Below are positions 33,043 to 43,338 of a stretch of 47,979 nucleotides of DNA, in pieces; the first letter of the stretch is position 1; the number at the start of each line of letters is the position of its first letter. The stretch spans positions 1 through 47,979 of the forward strand of contig JBDTCL010000038.1 in NCBI GenBank assembly GCA_039923595.1. The letters are read 5' to 3'. The notes beneath the pieces are model-generated. The model was not told where the DNA came from. It saw nothing but the letters and a program-made list of their open reading frames with translations, and did no database searches. The stretch is from Antricoccus sp. GTDB lineage: Bacteria > Actinomycetota > Actinomycetes > Mycobacteriales > Antricoccaceae. Made by a program: the position numbers and the translations under genes.

Positions 33043-34107
33043 ATGAACTTGCCTATCGAATTCCCTATTGCGCCGATCCTGGCCAAAGCCGCGGCGACGT
33101 TACCGATGGGCGATGGCTGGCGGTATGAACCCAAGTGGGATGGCTTTCGCTGCATCGTATTTAAAGACGGCGAGGACGTGCAGCTATGTAGTCGTGGCGG
33201 CAAGCCGCTCACGCGATACTTTCCAGAAATAGTCGCGATTGCCCGCGAACAGTTGCCGGATCGTTGTGTCGTCGATGGTGAATTAGTAGTACCTATCGGA
33301 GACCGGCTGCAGTTTGAAGTGCTCCAGCAGCGTATCCATCCTGCGCAATCAAGGGTGCAAATGTTAAGCACGACCACTCCCGCCTCATACGTCATCTTCG
33401 ATATTCTTGCCATCGACGATCGTGATCTTTGTCAGGATTCGCTCGCTGATCGGCTCACCGAGCTCGCGCCAATCGGTGCGCGACTCGCGCCGCCGTTCTA
33501 TCTGACCCGGTCCACGACTGACCCGGTCCTGGCTAAAGAGTGGTTTTCGTTATTCGAGGGCGCTGGCCTGGACGGCGTCATCAGCAAGCCGCTCGCTTCG
33601 ACATATCAGCCTGGTAAGCGAGTCTTCGCCAAGCTCAAGCATCAGCGCACCGCCGATTGTGTGGTTGCCGGCTTCCGTTGGCATAAAAGCGGACCGATCG
33701 TCGGATCGATATTGCTCGGGCTTTACGACGACGACGGTGAACTGCAGTACGTCGGCGCGACTGCGGCATTCACCATGGCACGCCGGGCAGAGCTCCTGGA
33801 AGAACTAGCCCCATATCGGACGAACGCTCTTGACTCTCACCCCTGGGCGCAATGGCAGTCACCGCAGACCGACGATCCCGAGCGGATGCCGGGCGCGGTA
33901 AGCAGGTGGAATTCGGCAAAGGACTTAAGTTGGCAACCACTGCGAGCCGAGCGCGTGATGGAAGTTCGTTATGACCAGCTTGAGGGCAGTCGATTTCGGC
34001 ATTTAGCGCGATTCGAGCGATGGCGTGATGATCGAACCGCTCAATCGTGCACCTTCGAGCAATTGGACATTCCCATTCGCTTCGACTTAGCTGATGTGCT
34101 GCAGTAG
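33043..34107 (+). CDS. ligC: ATP-dependent DNA ligase, LigC type
   Basis: Motif I YEPKWDGFR, VDGELV, FDILA, EGAGLDGVISK, KHQRTADCVVAGFRWHKSG and RFRHLARFERWRDDR. About 354 aa, with no polymerase or nuclease domain. Confidence 0.92.
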   Translation: MNLPIEFPIAPILAKAAATLPMGDGWRYEPKWDGFRCIVFKDGEDVQLCSRGGKPLTRYFPEIVAIAREQLPDRCVVDGELVVPIGDRLQFEVLQQRIHPAQSRVQMLSTTTPASYVIFDILAIDDRDLCQDSLADRLTELAPIGARLAPPFYLTRSTTDPVLAKEWFSLFEGAGLDGVISKPLASTYQPGKRVFAKLKHQRTADCVVAGFRWHKSGPIVGSILLGLYDDDGELQYVGATAAFTMARRAELLEELAPYRTNALDSHPWAQWQSPQTDDPERMPGAVSRWNSAKDLSWQPLRAERVMEVRYDQLEGSRFRHLARFERWRDDRTAQSCTFEQLDIPIRFDLADVLQ

Positions 34108-34111
34108 CAGC

Positions 34112-35161
34112 TCACCAATTAGCCGGATTACGCTTGCTCGGCGCAACCCGCGGCGGCTCACCGGGCATTTTCGGGTACTCGGGCGGATACGGCAAGTCGC
34201 CCATCTGGTGATCATGCAGGTCTCGGGCAGCCTTATCTAGCAGTGCGCTCAGGTCCCCCGCTGGCGGCTGTACTGCCCACGGATCGCCAATCTGCGCGAA
34301 CCGCTTCGGCAGAGTGCGGATATCGAAATCCTCCGGCATCACGTCCATAACTTCATCCCACTGCAGCGGGGCTGAGGCAGTTGCCCGAGAGTTTGGCCGC
34401 AGGGAATACGCCGAAGCCATGGTGCGATCGCGGGCCGCTTGATTGAAATCGATAAATACGCGCTCACCGCGCTCCTCCTTCCACCAGTCCATCGTCACCT
34501 CGCCAGGAAGTGCCGCAGCGACCTCACGCCCAATCACGATCACTGCCCGGCGCACCTCGACAAAGCTCCATTTCGGCGCGATGGGTGCGAATATGTGCAG
34601 ACCGCGGCCCCCGCTCGTCTTTGGCATCGCGCTGAGCCCGTATTTGGCGAGCGTTTCTCGAACTACCAAGCCCACCTTCGCACAGTCGTGAAAATCGGTG
34701 CCAGGCTGCGGATCGAGATCGATTCGCAGTTGATCGGGCTGGTCCGGCTGCGCTGCAGTCACCGGCCACGGATGAAAACGCAACGTACCCAAATTCGCCG
34801 CCCAGGCCACCACGGCGAGACTGTCTGGGCAAACTTCGTCTGCTGTGCGGCCACTTGGAAAAGTGACTTGGGCAGACGGCACCCATTCCGGAGCAGTTTT
34901 CGGAATCCGCTTTTGATAAAACGCCTCGCCCTTGTCACCCATACGAGTGGTCAATCGGAAACCGTCTTGATAGCCCCCGGGCCATCGCTCTAGCGTGGTT
35001 GGCCGATGATGCAACGCAGAGCAAATACCCGGTCCGACCGCTAGGAAGTACTGGACGACATCCATCTTGGTGACGCCGAGACTCGGAAAATACACTTTGT
35101 CCGGATTCGAGATACGCACACTTTGACCATCGACGTCGATGACGGTTGCCGGGGTTGCCAT
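34112..35161 (-). CDS. Stand-alone AEP primase-polymerase (Prim-PolC / LigD-Pol-like)
   Basis: ISNPDKVYFP, FYQKR, catalytic RIDLDP, KTSGGRGLHI, FIDFNQ and the C-terminal YPPEYPKMPGEPPRVAPS typical of Prim-PolC. TAGCCT lies 6 nt before ATG. Confidence 0.92.
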   Translation of the reverse strand: MATPATVIDVDGQSVRISNPDKVYFPSLGVTKMDVVQYFLAVGPGICSALHHRPTTLERWPGGYQDGFRLTTRMGDKGEAFYQKRIPKTAPEWVPSAQVTFPSGRTADEVCPDSLAVVAWAANLGTLRFHPWPVTAAQPDQPDQLRIDLDPQPGTDFHDCAKVGLVVRETLAKYGLSAMPKTSGGRGLHIFAPIAPKWSFVEVRRAVIVIGREVAAALPGEVTMDWWKEERGERVFIDFNQAARDRTMASAYSLRPNSRATASAPLQWDEVMDVMPEDFDIRTLPKRFAQIGDPWAVQPPAGDLSALLDKAARDLHDHQMGDLPYPPEYPKMPGEPPRVAPSKRNPANW

Positions 35162-35225
35162 AGCCCAAGGCTAGGGCAACCGATGCATAGTTACCCAATA
35201 CGCTCCCAGGACGTACCGTAGAGGC

Positions 35226-35651
35226 ATGAGTAAAAATGTAATTGGTGAACCCACCGTGGCCAAGACTGATCAAGAATGGCGCGAGCAACTCTCGCGCGAG
35301 GAGTACCAGGTGCTCCGTCAAGCTGGCACGGAGCGGCCATTCGTTGGCGAATACACCGACACCAAAACCGAAGGTGTTTACAGCTGCAGGGCGTGCGGTG
35401 CCGAAGTATTCCGGTCAGATACGAAGTTCGAGAGCCATTGCGGTTGGCCGAGCTTCTACGCCCCCACGGAGAGCGACGCCGTCATTCTCAATGAGGATCG
35501 GACGCTGGGGATGAGCCGGGTTGAGGTCCTGTGTAAGGCCTGCCATTCACATCTGGGACACGTCTTTCACGGTGAGGGTTACCAAACCCCCACCGACGAT
35601 CGGTACTGCCTCAACTCCCTGAGCTTGACCTTGACGCCTAAACCGGCATAG
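35226..35651 (+). CDS. msrB: Peptide-methionine (R)-S-oxide reductase
   Basis: GTERPF, two Zn-binding CxxC, HCGWPSF, HLGHVF and catalytic RYCLNS. TACCGT lies 6 nt before ATG. Confidence 0.97.
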   Translation: MSKNVIGEPTVAKTDQEWREQLSREEYQVLRQAGTERPFVGEYTDTKTEGVYSCRACGAEVFRSDTKFESHCGWPSFYAPTESDAVILNEDRTLGMSRVEVLCKACHSHLGHVFHGEGYQTPTDDRYCLNSLSLTLTPKPA

Positions 35652-35693
35652 AAACAAGCAGGAGAAATATTCTATCGAAAGTGAATCCTGCTG

Positions 35694-36893
35694 ATGACTC
35701 GCCGTGCTGCTCTTGTTGCCCCCGTTCGCACACCCGTCGGTACCTTCGGCGGCGCCCTTAGACCCGTCGCTGTGGAGGATCTTGCCGCAACGGTAGTCAA
35801 GGAGACGGTCAAGCGCTCAGGAATCGATCCGGAACTCATCGAAGACGTGGTGTTCGCGCAGTCGTATGCCAACTCAGAAGTTCCCTGCGTCGGCCGCTGG
35901 GCGGCACTGCAAGCTGGCTTACCGACCCAGGTCCCGGGTATCCAGCTAGACCGTCGCTGCGGAGGCGGGCTGCAAGCGATCGTGACCGCGGCGATGATGA
36001 TCGAAAGCGGTGCCGCCGACGTCGTGATCGCTGGCGGCGTCGAGAGCATGAGCAATATCGAGCTTTACGCCACTGGTGCGCGCTGGGGCTCGCGCGCCGG
36101 TGGCATGATGCTCAAAGATCGCCTTGATCGCGGTCGCGAGCGATCCCAGCCATCATGGCGATTCGGTGAAATCAGCGGCATGATCGAGACTGCCGAAAAT
36201 TTGGCGACAAAATACGACATCACTCGTGAGCAGTCGGATGAGTATGCGGTGCAAAGTCAGCAACGTGCGGCGGCGGCGTGGGATGCGGGCCGATTCGACG
36301 ACGAAGTCGTGTCGATCGACGTTCCCCAGCGTAAAGGCGATCCGATGACATTCGCCAAAGACGAGGGCGTTCGGCCGGGCACGTCGATGCAGATTTTGGG
36401 AAAGCTGCGATCTTTAGTACCCAACGGAGTGGTGACCGCTGGCAATGCGAGTCAACAAAACGATGCTGCCGCTGCCGTGCTGATCGTTGCCGAAGACAAG
36501 CTCGAGGCTCTTGGCCTGCAGCCGATGGCATTCCTGCGCGGCTGGACGGCTGTCGGCTGCGAGCCCGGAATCATGGGCATCGGACCCGTCCCTGCGGTCG
36601 CCAAGCTGATGCCGAAGATTGGTCTGACATTGGACGATATGGATCTAGTAGAACTCAACGAAGCCTTTGCGTGCCAGGTGCTTTCGGTGCTCAAAGGCTG
36701 GAATTGGTCGGACATGGACCGACTCAACGTCAACGGCGGCGGTATTTCGCTGGGTCATCCCATCGGTGCAACGGGCGTGCGGATCATGACCACGCTGCTG
36801 CACGAAATGACTCGCCGACAAGCAAAGTACGGCCTGGAGACGATGTGCATCGGGGGCGGTCAAGGCATGGCTGCGGTTTTCGAACGCAGCTAA
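35694..36893 (+). CDS. Acetyl-CoA C-acetyltransferase (thiolase)
   Basis: RTPVG, RRCGGG (catalytic Cys), NEAFA, GHPIGATG and MCIGGGQG motifs. Confidence 0.95.
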   Translation: MTRRAALVAPVRTPVGTFGGALRPVAVEDLAATVVKETVKRSGIDPELIEDVVFAQSYANSEVPCVGRWAALQAGLPTQVPGIQLDRRCGGGLQAIVTAAMMIESGAADVVIAGGVESMSNIELYATGARWGSRAGGMMLKDRLDRGRERSQPSWRFGEISGMIETAENLATKYDITREQSDEYAVQSQQRAAAAWDAGRFDDEVVSIDVPQRKGDPMTFAKDEGVRPGTSMQILGKLRSLVPNGVVTAGNASQQNDAAAAVLIVAEDKLEALGLQPMAFLRGWTAVGCEPGIMGIGPVPAVAKLMPKIGLTLDDMDLVELNEAFACQVLSVLKGWNWSDMDRLNVNGGGISLGHPIGATGVRIMTTLLHEMTRRQAKYGLETMCIGGGQGMAAVFERS

Positions 36894-36920
36894 CCCCGAC
36901 CGCTGGCACGCGGCTGCGAT

Positions 36921-37643
36921 TTACGGCAGACGTTCGAGCAGATCGCCAATCTCGCGGCGAACCCCGGTGAAAAATGGTAGTTCGTCACGCACGTGCAACC
37001 GGGTTTCGCTCGCCCGCAGATCGCGCATGAGATCGACGATCCGGTGCAGCTCATCTGCTTCGAACGCGAGCAACCATTCGTAGTCCCCCAACGCGAACGC
37101 GGCGATCGTATTAGCTCGCACGTCTGGGTACGGGCGGGCGAGGGCGCCGTGCTCACGCAGGAGTTCGCGGCGCTTCTCTTCTGGCAGCACATACCAGTCG
37201 TACGAGCGCACAAATGGATAAACACAGACATACTTAAGCTGGTCGGTCCCAGAAAGGAACGCTGGGACGTGAGTCTTGTTGAACTCCGCTTGTCGATGAA
37301 GTCCGATCTGCGACCAAACCGGTTCGAGGACCTCGCCGAGAACACTGCGCCGGACCGCGGAGTACGCATCCTGCAGCGCTTCGACCGTGGGCGCATGCCA
37401 CCAAATCAGAATATCCGCATCGGCACGGAAGGCAGTCACGTCGAAGATTCCGCGTACGACGAGGTCATTCTTTTTGGCTTGCGCAGCGAGAATCTTGGTG
37501 ATCTCGCGCGCAGCCCGGCCGCGCGAGGCCGACATTTCGCTTAATGGATCGGCCACCTTGAAAACCGAATACATTGCGTACCGGATTGAGGCATTGATCT
37601 GATCGACTTGCGCTTCATTAAGTGGCGTTGGCTTTTCGCTCAT
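36921..37643 (-). CDS. hemQ: Coproheme decarboxylase (HemQ/ChdC)
   Basis: IRYAMYSVF, FRADAD, AEFNKTHVPAF, VYPFVRSYDWY and FALGDYEW motifs. In an operon with hemE-hemG. Confidence 0.95.
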   Translation of the reverse strand: MSEKPTPLNEAQVDQINASIRYAMYSVFKVADPLSEMSASRGRAAREITKILAAQAKKNDLVVRGIFDVTAFRADADILIWWHAPTVEALQDAYSAVRRSVLGEVLEPVWSQIGLHRQAEFNKTHVPAFLSGTDQLKYVCVYPFVRSYDWYVLPEEKRRELLREHGALARPYPDVRANTIAAFALGDYEWLLAFEADELHRIVDLMRDLRASETRLHVRDELPFFTGVRREIGDLLERLP

Positions 37644-37648
37644 ATTTT

Positions 37649-39064
37649 TTATCCTCTTCCTGTTTGCATTGTGCGCACGATGTCTTCAGCTGCCGCGACG
37701 CCACTGGATATGCAGGCCGGTACGCCAATTCCACGGTACGTCGCGCCAGCAACCGCGAGTCTGTCTACCAAATTAACGGCGACGTTAATGCGAGCTATCC
37801 GAGCGCTGTGCCCCACGTTATATTGCGGCAGTCCGCCGCCCCAGCGGTGGACCAACTCAGCGTATGGATCACCAGAGATCCCTACGAGGAGAGCGAGATC
37901 ACGGCGAGCGAGAGCAACTAGTTCAGCGTCCTCACGCTGCAAGAGTGCCTCCTCGCCAACGCGACCTATAGACGTGCGCACTATGGCCACACCGGAGTCA
38001 TCGGTGATGTGCGGCCACTTATTGGTGACAAATGTAGCGGCCTTTACCGCTGTCTTCTCCGAAGCTGGAACTAAAAATCCACTGCCCTCGGGGATCGAAT
38101 TAGCGAGATCTGTGAGCCGATATGCAAGCTGGATGACAGCCATACTTGCAGTCGGGACCTCAGCGAGCGCCCGCGCTGCAGCTGCCGATACCGACCGCAA
38201 GAGCATTGCGGTCTTCGACGGCGGTGTTGCCACTATGACGGCTTTGCTCTGGATACGCCGTGGGTCAGCACCGGTTCCGACTTCAACGTCGAACCCGGTC
38301 GCGGATCTGGTAATCGCTCGAGCGGGGCATCGCAAGTGCACCGTGGCCTGGGCAGCACATCGCACGGCCTCAGCAAGACCGGCAAGACCGCCGTCTAATG
38401 TGGTGAAGATCGCTGGATCTGTCTTACTCCGCGGTGGTCGGCGCAGTCCTTTCGCAGCCCCGCGCAGATCACCGGTTCGCAGCGCTGCTTCGTACAGTGC
38501 CGGTAATGTCGATCGCATCGAGAGCGCTTCGGCGCGGCCGGCGTACACGCCACTGAGCAGCGGTTCGACCAGTCGGTCAACGACTTCGGGGCCGTATTCG
38601 CCGCCGATGACCTCAGCGACGCTCAGATCATCGTCAACGAAGCGGCCTCCCGGTTGGCCAAATCGCGCGAAGCCGGAGTCGCTCAAGATCCCACTCGCTC
38701 GGAGGGCTTCGATGTCGGTCGGTACTCCCATCACGTGTCCGGCCGGTAATGCGTACTGCGATCCCCCGAGCGCGACAGCCGAGGAAAGGACACCCGGTGC
38801 GCGGCGGTGATCGACCAATCCGACCTCATCAATGAGATCAACAGCTTCCGGACGCGTGGTAAGCACCGCTTCGGCCCCCACATCGACGGTATAACCGCCG
38901 ACCTGCGCTCGCTGCAACTTGCCGCCAACGCGATCTGAAATCTCAAGCACATGCACATCCCAATCAGGGCGCTGCTTGTGTAGTTGATAGGCGGCACTCA
39001 GACCGGCAATTCCAGCTCCAACAATGACCACATCACAGGACGCTGGGAGCGACTGATCAATCAT
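37649..39064 (-). CDS. hemG: Coproporphyrinogen/protoporphyrinogen oxidase (HemY/CgoX; often annotated hemG)
   Basis: FAD motif [44 protein letters not shown] and GIGVPACI. Confidence 0.93.
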   Translation of the reverse strand: MIDQSLPASCDVVIVGAGIAGLSAAYQLHKQRPDWDVHVLEISDRVGGKLQRAQVGGYTVDVGAEAVLTTRPEAVDLIDEVGLVDHRRAPGVLSSAVALGGSQYALPAGHVMGVPTDIEALRASGILSDSGFARFGQPGGRFVDDDLSVAEVIGGEYGPEVVDRLVEPLLSGVYAGRAEALSMRSTLPALYEAALRTGDLRGAAKGLRRPPRSKTDPAIFTTLDGGLAGLAEAVRCAAQATVHLRCPARAITRSATGFDVEVGTGADPRRIQSKAVIVATPPSKTAMLLRSVSAAAARALAEVPTASMAVIQLAYRLTDLANSIPEGSGFLVPASEKTAVKAATFVTNKWPHITDDSGVAIVRTSIGRVGEEALLQREDAELVALARRDLALLVGISGDPYAELVHRWGGGLPQYNVGHSARIARINVAVNLVDRLAVAGATYRGIGVPACISSGVAAAEDIVRTMQTGRG

Positions 39065-40098
39065 GGCGCAGACAGTTCATGAACTAGGTCAACCACTCGG
39101 GTGATCACTTCCGGATCGGTATCTGGAAGCACTCCGTGCCCGAGATTAAAGATGTGACCCGGCGTATTAGAGCCTTCGCGAAGGATGCGCCGCACCTCGG
39201 TGTCGATAACCGTCCAGTCGGCGAATAGCAGTGCTGGATCGAGATTGCCTTGCACGGCAAACGACGGCCCGACCATCGTGGCCGCTTCATCAAGGGGCAT
39301 CCGCCAGTCCACACCAATTACGTCGGCTCCTGCGGTGGCCATCGATTTGAGCAGCAACTGAGTACCAAGTCCAAAATGGATTTTCGGGACCGTATCGCCT
39401 AACGCGTCGAAGATAGCCGCTGAGTGGGGTCGGGCGAACGTTTCGTAGTCCCGCAACGACAGCGCGCCCACCCAAGAGTCAAAAAGCTGGATAGCACTCG
39501 CACCGGCCTCGATCTGCACTTGCAGAAAGGTGCTTGAGACGGCCGCCAAGCGAGATAGCAGATCGTGCCAGGCCCGCGGTTGGGACCGCATGAATGATTT
39601 GGTGCGCTCGTGATTGCGCGAGGGACCGCCTTCGATCAAGTACGAAGCAAGCGTGAACGGTGCGCCGGCAAAGCCAATGAGCGGCGTCGAACCCAGCTCC
39701 GCGACGAGGCGTCGCACAGCGGTGTCAATAAATCCGACTTGGGCGCGCTCAAGTACGGGCAAGGTCGATGCGTCAGCAGCAGACCGAATAGGAGCGGCGA
39801 TGACCGGTCCGACACCCGAGCGAATTTCTAGATCGACACCCATCGCTTTGAGCGGCAACACGATGTCAGAGAACAAAATCGCCGCATCAACCCCGTGCCG
39901 GCGCACCGGTTGCAGAGTGATCTCGGTGACTAGGTCTGGGTCCATGCACGTTGCTAACATTTCGGTGCCGGCACGCAATGCTCGGTACTCCGGCAGTGAG
40001 CGGCCCGCTTGGCGCATAAACCACACGGGAGTACCGGCAGTGCTCGACCGCCGGGCGGTCTGAACGAGTGCACTTTCAGCGGGATTCACGCTGTCCAT
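39061..40098 (-). CDS. hemE: Uroporphyrinogen decarboxylase
   Basis: [44 protein letters not shown] and HIFNLGHG motifs. Start is ATG 40098 or GTG 40089; the longer 40449 ORF overlaps the divergent gene. Confidence 0.96.
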   Translation of the reverse strand: MDSVNPAESALVQTARRSSTAGTPVWFMRQAGRSLPEYRALRAGTEMLATCMDPDLVTEITLQPVRRHGVDAAILFSDIVLPLKAMGVDLEIRSGVGPVIAAPIRSAADASTLPVLERAQVGFIDTAVRRLVAELGSTPLIGFAGAPFTLASYLIEGGPSRNHERTKSFMRSQPRAWHDLLSRLAAVSSTFLQVQIEAGASAIQLFDSWVGALSLRDYETFARPHSAAIFDALGDTVPKIHFGLGTQLLLKSMATAGADVIGVDWRMPLDEAATMVGPSFAVQGNLDPALLFADWTVIDTEVRRILREGSNTPGHIFNLGHGVLPDTDPEVITRVVDLVHELSAP

Positions 40099-40198
40099 CG
40101 TGCCACGCGTCGCGCAAACAGCGGCTACGCGCCGATGATCGAGAGCCCGTGCGGCGCGCCGCGGACGTCGTTCAGGCTCGCGGTCATAGTCTCGTTTG

Positions 40199-40792
40199 GT
40201 GAGTATGAGCACCCCTGAACTTGACGCCACTGCCCCCGAGGATTTTCGCCGGGCCGTGGCCAGCTTGTCTGATGTCACGATTCGTCCAGAAGTCACCATC
40301 GAGACAATTCGAGCGCCCCAACGTCTCGCACCGTACTCGTGCGCCCTCGGTGGTGAAGTCACCATCGATCCGGCAAGTGATCTTGCCGACGCGACGGGCC
40401 GGCTGGTGCTGCTGCACGACCCCGACGGCGACGAGGCCTGGGACGGCACCTTGCGCTTGGTGTGTTACGTCACTGCTGCGATCGAGTCCGATATGGCTCA
40501 AGACCCGCTTCTGACCGATGCCGCGTGGTCGTGGCTCACTGAGTCACTCGATGACTTTGGGGCGTCGTATGTCGCCCTCGGGGGCACCGTCACCCATACG
40601 GCATCGACCAGGTACGGCGACCTTTCTGGGCCAGCGAGCACCACGGATCTAGAGATTCGGGCATCCTGGACCGCGACCTCTCCAGAGCTGGGTGCGCACC
40701 TTCAGGCGTGGGTGAATTTACTTGCGATTGCAGCTGGCGCCCCGCCGCCGGGCGTCAGTCTGATTAGTCAACGCGACGCATCGGTCACCTAG
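40199..40792 (+). CDS. DUF3000 domain protein
   Basis: [41 protein letters not shown] and EIRASWT motifs. TAGTCT lies 6 nt before GTG 40199. Conserved position between hemE and rnd. Confidence 0.88.
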   Translation: MSMSTPELDATAPEDFRRAVASLSDVTIRPEVTIETIRAPQRLAPYSCALGGEVTIDPASDLADATGRLVLLHDPDGDEAWDGTLRLVCYVTAAIESDMAQDPLLTDAAWSWLTESLDDFGASYVALGGTVTHTASTRYGDLSGPASTTDLEIRASWTATSPELGAHLQAWVNLLAIAAGAPPPGVSLISQRDASVT

Positions 40793-42126
40793 TGCCCGGT
40801 GAAATGTCAGGTGATCAATCGGGTTTGAGTGATCGACCCGACCAGCCGTCAGCTGATTCGTTATTCGACTCTCCAGCCGCTCCACCAGCACCTCGACCAT
40901 TGCTCGAGCCCGTCGACGGGGTTCCGGTACCGCTGAGCACAGCTGCAGAAATTACCGAACTTGCCGCCGTGTTGCGCGCAGGTACCGGACCGGTCGCCCT
41001 CGACGCCGAACGAGCGTCGGGCTATCGCTACTCGGCGCGCGCACAACTGATTCAGCTCAAACGCGCAGGTGTGGGCAACGTCCTGATCGATCCGATTGCC
41101 GTGCCTGATCTCTCAGCAATAGGTGCAGCACTGCATGACGTGGAATGGGTGTTACACGCGGCTAATCAAGACCTCCCCTGCCTGGCCGAGGTTGGCATGG
41201 TGCCATCGAAATTATTCGATACCGAACTCGGTGGTCGGCTCGCCGGACTTGATCGGGTTGCCCTTGGCACGATGACCCAAGCACTACTTGGCATCTCACT
41301 CGCCAAGGGCCACGCTGCCGCGGACTGGAGCGTGCGACCGTTGCCGCAGGCCTACCTGGTGTATGCAGCACTAGATGTCGAAGTCCTCCTTGAGCTACGT
41401 GATGAGGTCGAGAAATTGCTCGATACTCAGGCCAAACTTGACTGGGCACATGCTGAATTTGAGGCGGTGCGCAACGCGCCACCGCCTGCAATACGACCGC
41501 ATCGATGGCGGCGACTGAACGGACTCGGTGCGGTAAAGGATCGCCGAGGTCTCGCAGTAGCAGAGCAATTGTGGATCGCGCGCGACGAGATCGGTGAACG
41601 TTTGGATATCGCTCCAGGACGATTATTGGCCGATCGATCGATCGTCGGTGCAGCGACCGGTAAGCCTGATTCGATGGCGAAGTTACTGACCATTGACGGC
41701 TTTACTCGCCGCGGCACCATCGCCCACCGTCGCCGATGGTGGGAGGCCGTGCAGGGTGCACTTAGCCTGCCCGAGCGGGCCCTGCCCGCTCGCCGCGAGA
41801 CAATAGACGACACTGGCGCACCCCCGTCGCGATGGATGTCGAAGGAGCCAGCGGTTGCCGCCCGGTTCAGCGCCTTGCGCTCAGTGGTGCTGGCGGCATC
41901 CGAAGAGCATCAGATCCCAGCAGAGAACCTCATCTCACCCGGTCTGATCCGCGGCCTCGCCTGGGATCCGCCAGTAGCGACCGACGATGCAGTTGATGTC
42001 GTTCTCATCGCTGGCGGTGCGCGCAAATGGCAGCGCGAGCTGTTGATCGAGCCGCTGGCTGCGGCGCTACAAGCGGTGGCCGACAGACCACCAGGCGCTA
42101 TTGAGACATGCCAAGAGCCTGCCTAG
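40792..42126 (+). CDS. rnd: Ribonuclease D (DEDD 3'-5' exonuclease with HRDC domain)
   Basis: ALDAERASGYRY, HAANQDLPCL, LFDTELG and YAALDVEVL motifs, then an HRDC region (RDEIGERLDIAPGRLL). The start could also be ATG 40804. Confidence 0.9.
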   Translation: MPGEMSGDQSGLSDRPDQPSADSLFDSPAAPPAPRPLLEPVDGVPVPLSTAAEITELAAVLRAGTGPVALDAERASGYRYSARAQLIQLKRAGVGNVLIDPIAVPDLSAIGAALHDVEWVLHAANQDLPCLAEVGMVPSKLFDTELGGRLAGLDRVALGTMTQALLGISLAKGHAAADWSVRPLPQAYLVYAALDVEVLLELRDEVEKLLDTQAKLDWAHAEFEAVRNAPPPAIRPHRWRRLNGLGAVKDRRGLAVAEQLWIARDEIGERLDIAPGRLLADRSIVGAATGKPDSMAKLLTIDGFTRRGTIAHRRRWWEAVQGALSLPERALPARRETIDDTGAPPSRWMSKEPAVAARFSALRSVVLAASEEHQIPAENLISPGLIRGLAWDPPVATDDAVDVVLIAGGARKWQRELLIEPLAAALQAVADRPPGAIETCQEPA

Positions 42127-42150
42127 GTTCGCGACCAGCGACAGACGCGG

Positions 42151-42169
42151 GCTGCGCAAAATGCGTAGC
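42151..42169. terminator. Hairpin between convergent rnd and sensor kinase
   Basis: GCTGCGCA-AAA-TGCGTAGC forms an 8-bp stem with one G-U pair. No U-tract. Confidence 0.45.
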
Positions 42170-42173
42170 GGGA

Positions 42174-43337
42174 CTATTGAGCAACTGATACTGGCGCCCG
42201 CGGCAACCTCACGGTCACCAGGAGTCCGCCACCATCGCGAGCGGTCGCTTCGACAGTACCTCGGTGAGCGAGCACAATCGCTCGCACGATCGATAGCCCG
42301 AGTCCGGTCCCGGAGCTCGCGGTACGATCTGCGGCGCGGCGAAACGGCGCGAAGAGCTCGTCGACCATATTTGGATCAAGTTGCTGACCGGTGTTGGATA
42401 CGGACAAGATGACTTCATCCAGAGCAGTGGCCAAATGCACGTGTACTGTGCCGCCGTCCCGATTGTGGCGTACCGCGTTCTGAAGCAGATTGGTGACCAC
42501 TCGCTCCAACAACTGCTCGTCACCTATCACTGGACCGCAGCTCGTGTCGGAGTCGATGGTGATTGCGTGTGCTCGCGCGTTGGAGGCAACTGTCTCAATT
42601 GCGGCCGGTAGCAATTGAGCAATGTCGCAGGGTCCGATGTCCTCCAAACCCTTCTCGATCTGAGTCTCTGCCTTCGCTAAGACCAATAGCGCCTCGACGA
42701 GCCGATCGGCGCGGACGGTCGCTGCCTTGACCACATCACCCATATCGCGTAACTCTTGCGCCGAGGCACCAGGATCAGCCATCGTCACCTCAACCTCGGT
42801 GCGCATTATGGATAACGGCGTACGCAACTCGTGACTAGCGTTGGCGACAAATCTGCGTTGGGCATCAAAGGAGCGCTCCAACCGACCAAGCATCGCATCA
42901 AACGTGTCGGCAAGATCGCGCAGCTCGTCGCGCGGGCCGAGCAATGCGATTCGCTCCTCTAGCTGTGCTCCAGCAGCGATACGGCGGGCGGCGGCGGTGA
43001 CTTCGCCGACCGGACCGAGGGCTCTGGCCGCGATGGCATAACCAGCGACGCCGCCCAAAACCGCAGACAACGCAGTAATCAGCAGACCGCGCAAAAGCAG
43101 AGTTTCAGCAGCATTTCTGCGCACCGCGTCGGCGACTGCTGATCCTTCAGTCGGGCCATTCACATGACCTGGGATGGTGACGTCGATCAATTGACCGGGC
43201 GCAAATTGGAGCGCGGTTTGCAATGATGAATCCACCACTAGCATCGACATCAACACACCGAGTACACCGATCGATGCCGACAAGAATGCGCACGCTAGCG
43301 CCAGCCGCAGCCGCAGCCCTAGCCGTACGTTGCGCAT
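42174..43337 (-). CDS. Sensor histidine kinase (CutS-like)
   Basis: Two TM helices, HAMP (GPRDELRDLADTFDAML), H-box RFVANASHELRTPL, N-box NLLQNAVRHN and G-box GTGLGLSIV. Confidence 0.93.
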   Translation of the reverse strand: MRNVRLGLRLRLALACAFLSASIGVLGVLMSMLVVDSSLQTALQFAPGQLIDVTIPGHVNGPTEGSAVADAVRRNAAETLLLRGLLITALSAVLGGVAGYAIAARALGPVGEVTAAARRIAAGAQLEERIALLGPRDELRDLADTFDAMLGRLERSFDAQRRFVANASHELRTPLSIMRTEVEVTMADPGASAQELRDMGDVVKAATVRADRLVEALLVLAKAETQIEKGLEDIGPCDIAQLLPAAIETVASNARAHAITIDSDTSCGPVIGDEQLLERVVTNLLQNAVRHNRDGGTVHVHLATALDEVILSVSNTGQQLDPNMVDELFAPFRRAADRTASSGTGLGLSIVRAIVLAHRGTVEATARDGGGLLVTVRLPRAPVSVAQ

Positions 43338-43338
43338 G

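Noticed and set aside
35170-35225. Possible SigH/SigR promoter for msrB
   Set aside because: No GGAAY-N18/19-GTT match. A TANNNT leaderless promoter explains the region.
37608-38810. 400-aa plus-strand ORF
   Set aside because: Antisense shadow of hemG/hemY, with Ser/Ala/Arg-rich composition and no motifs.
40099-40449. 117-aa N-terminal extension of HemE in the ORF track
   Set aside because: Overlaps the divergent DUF3000 gene and its promoter. HemE similarity begins near 40098.
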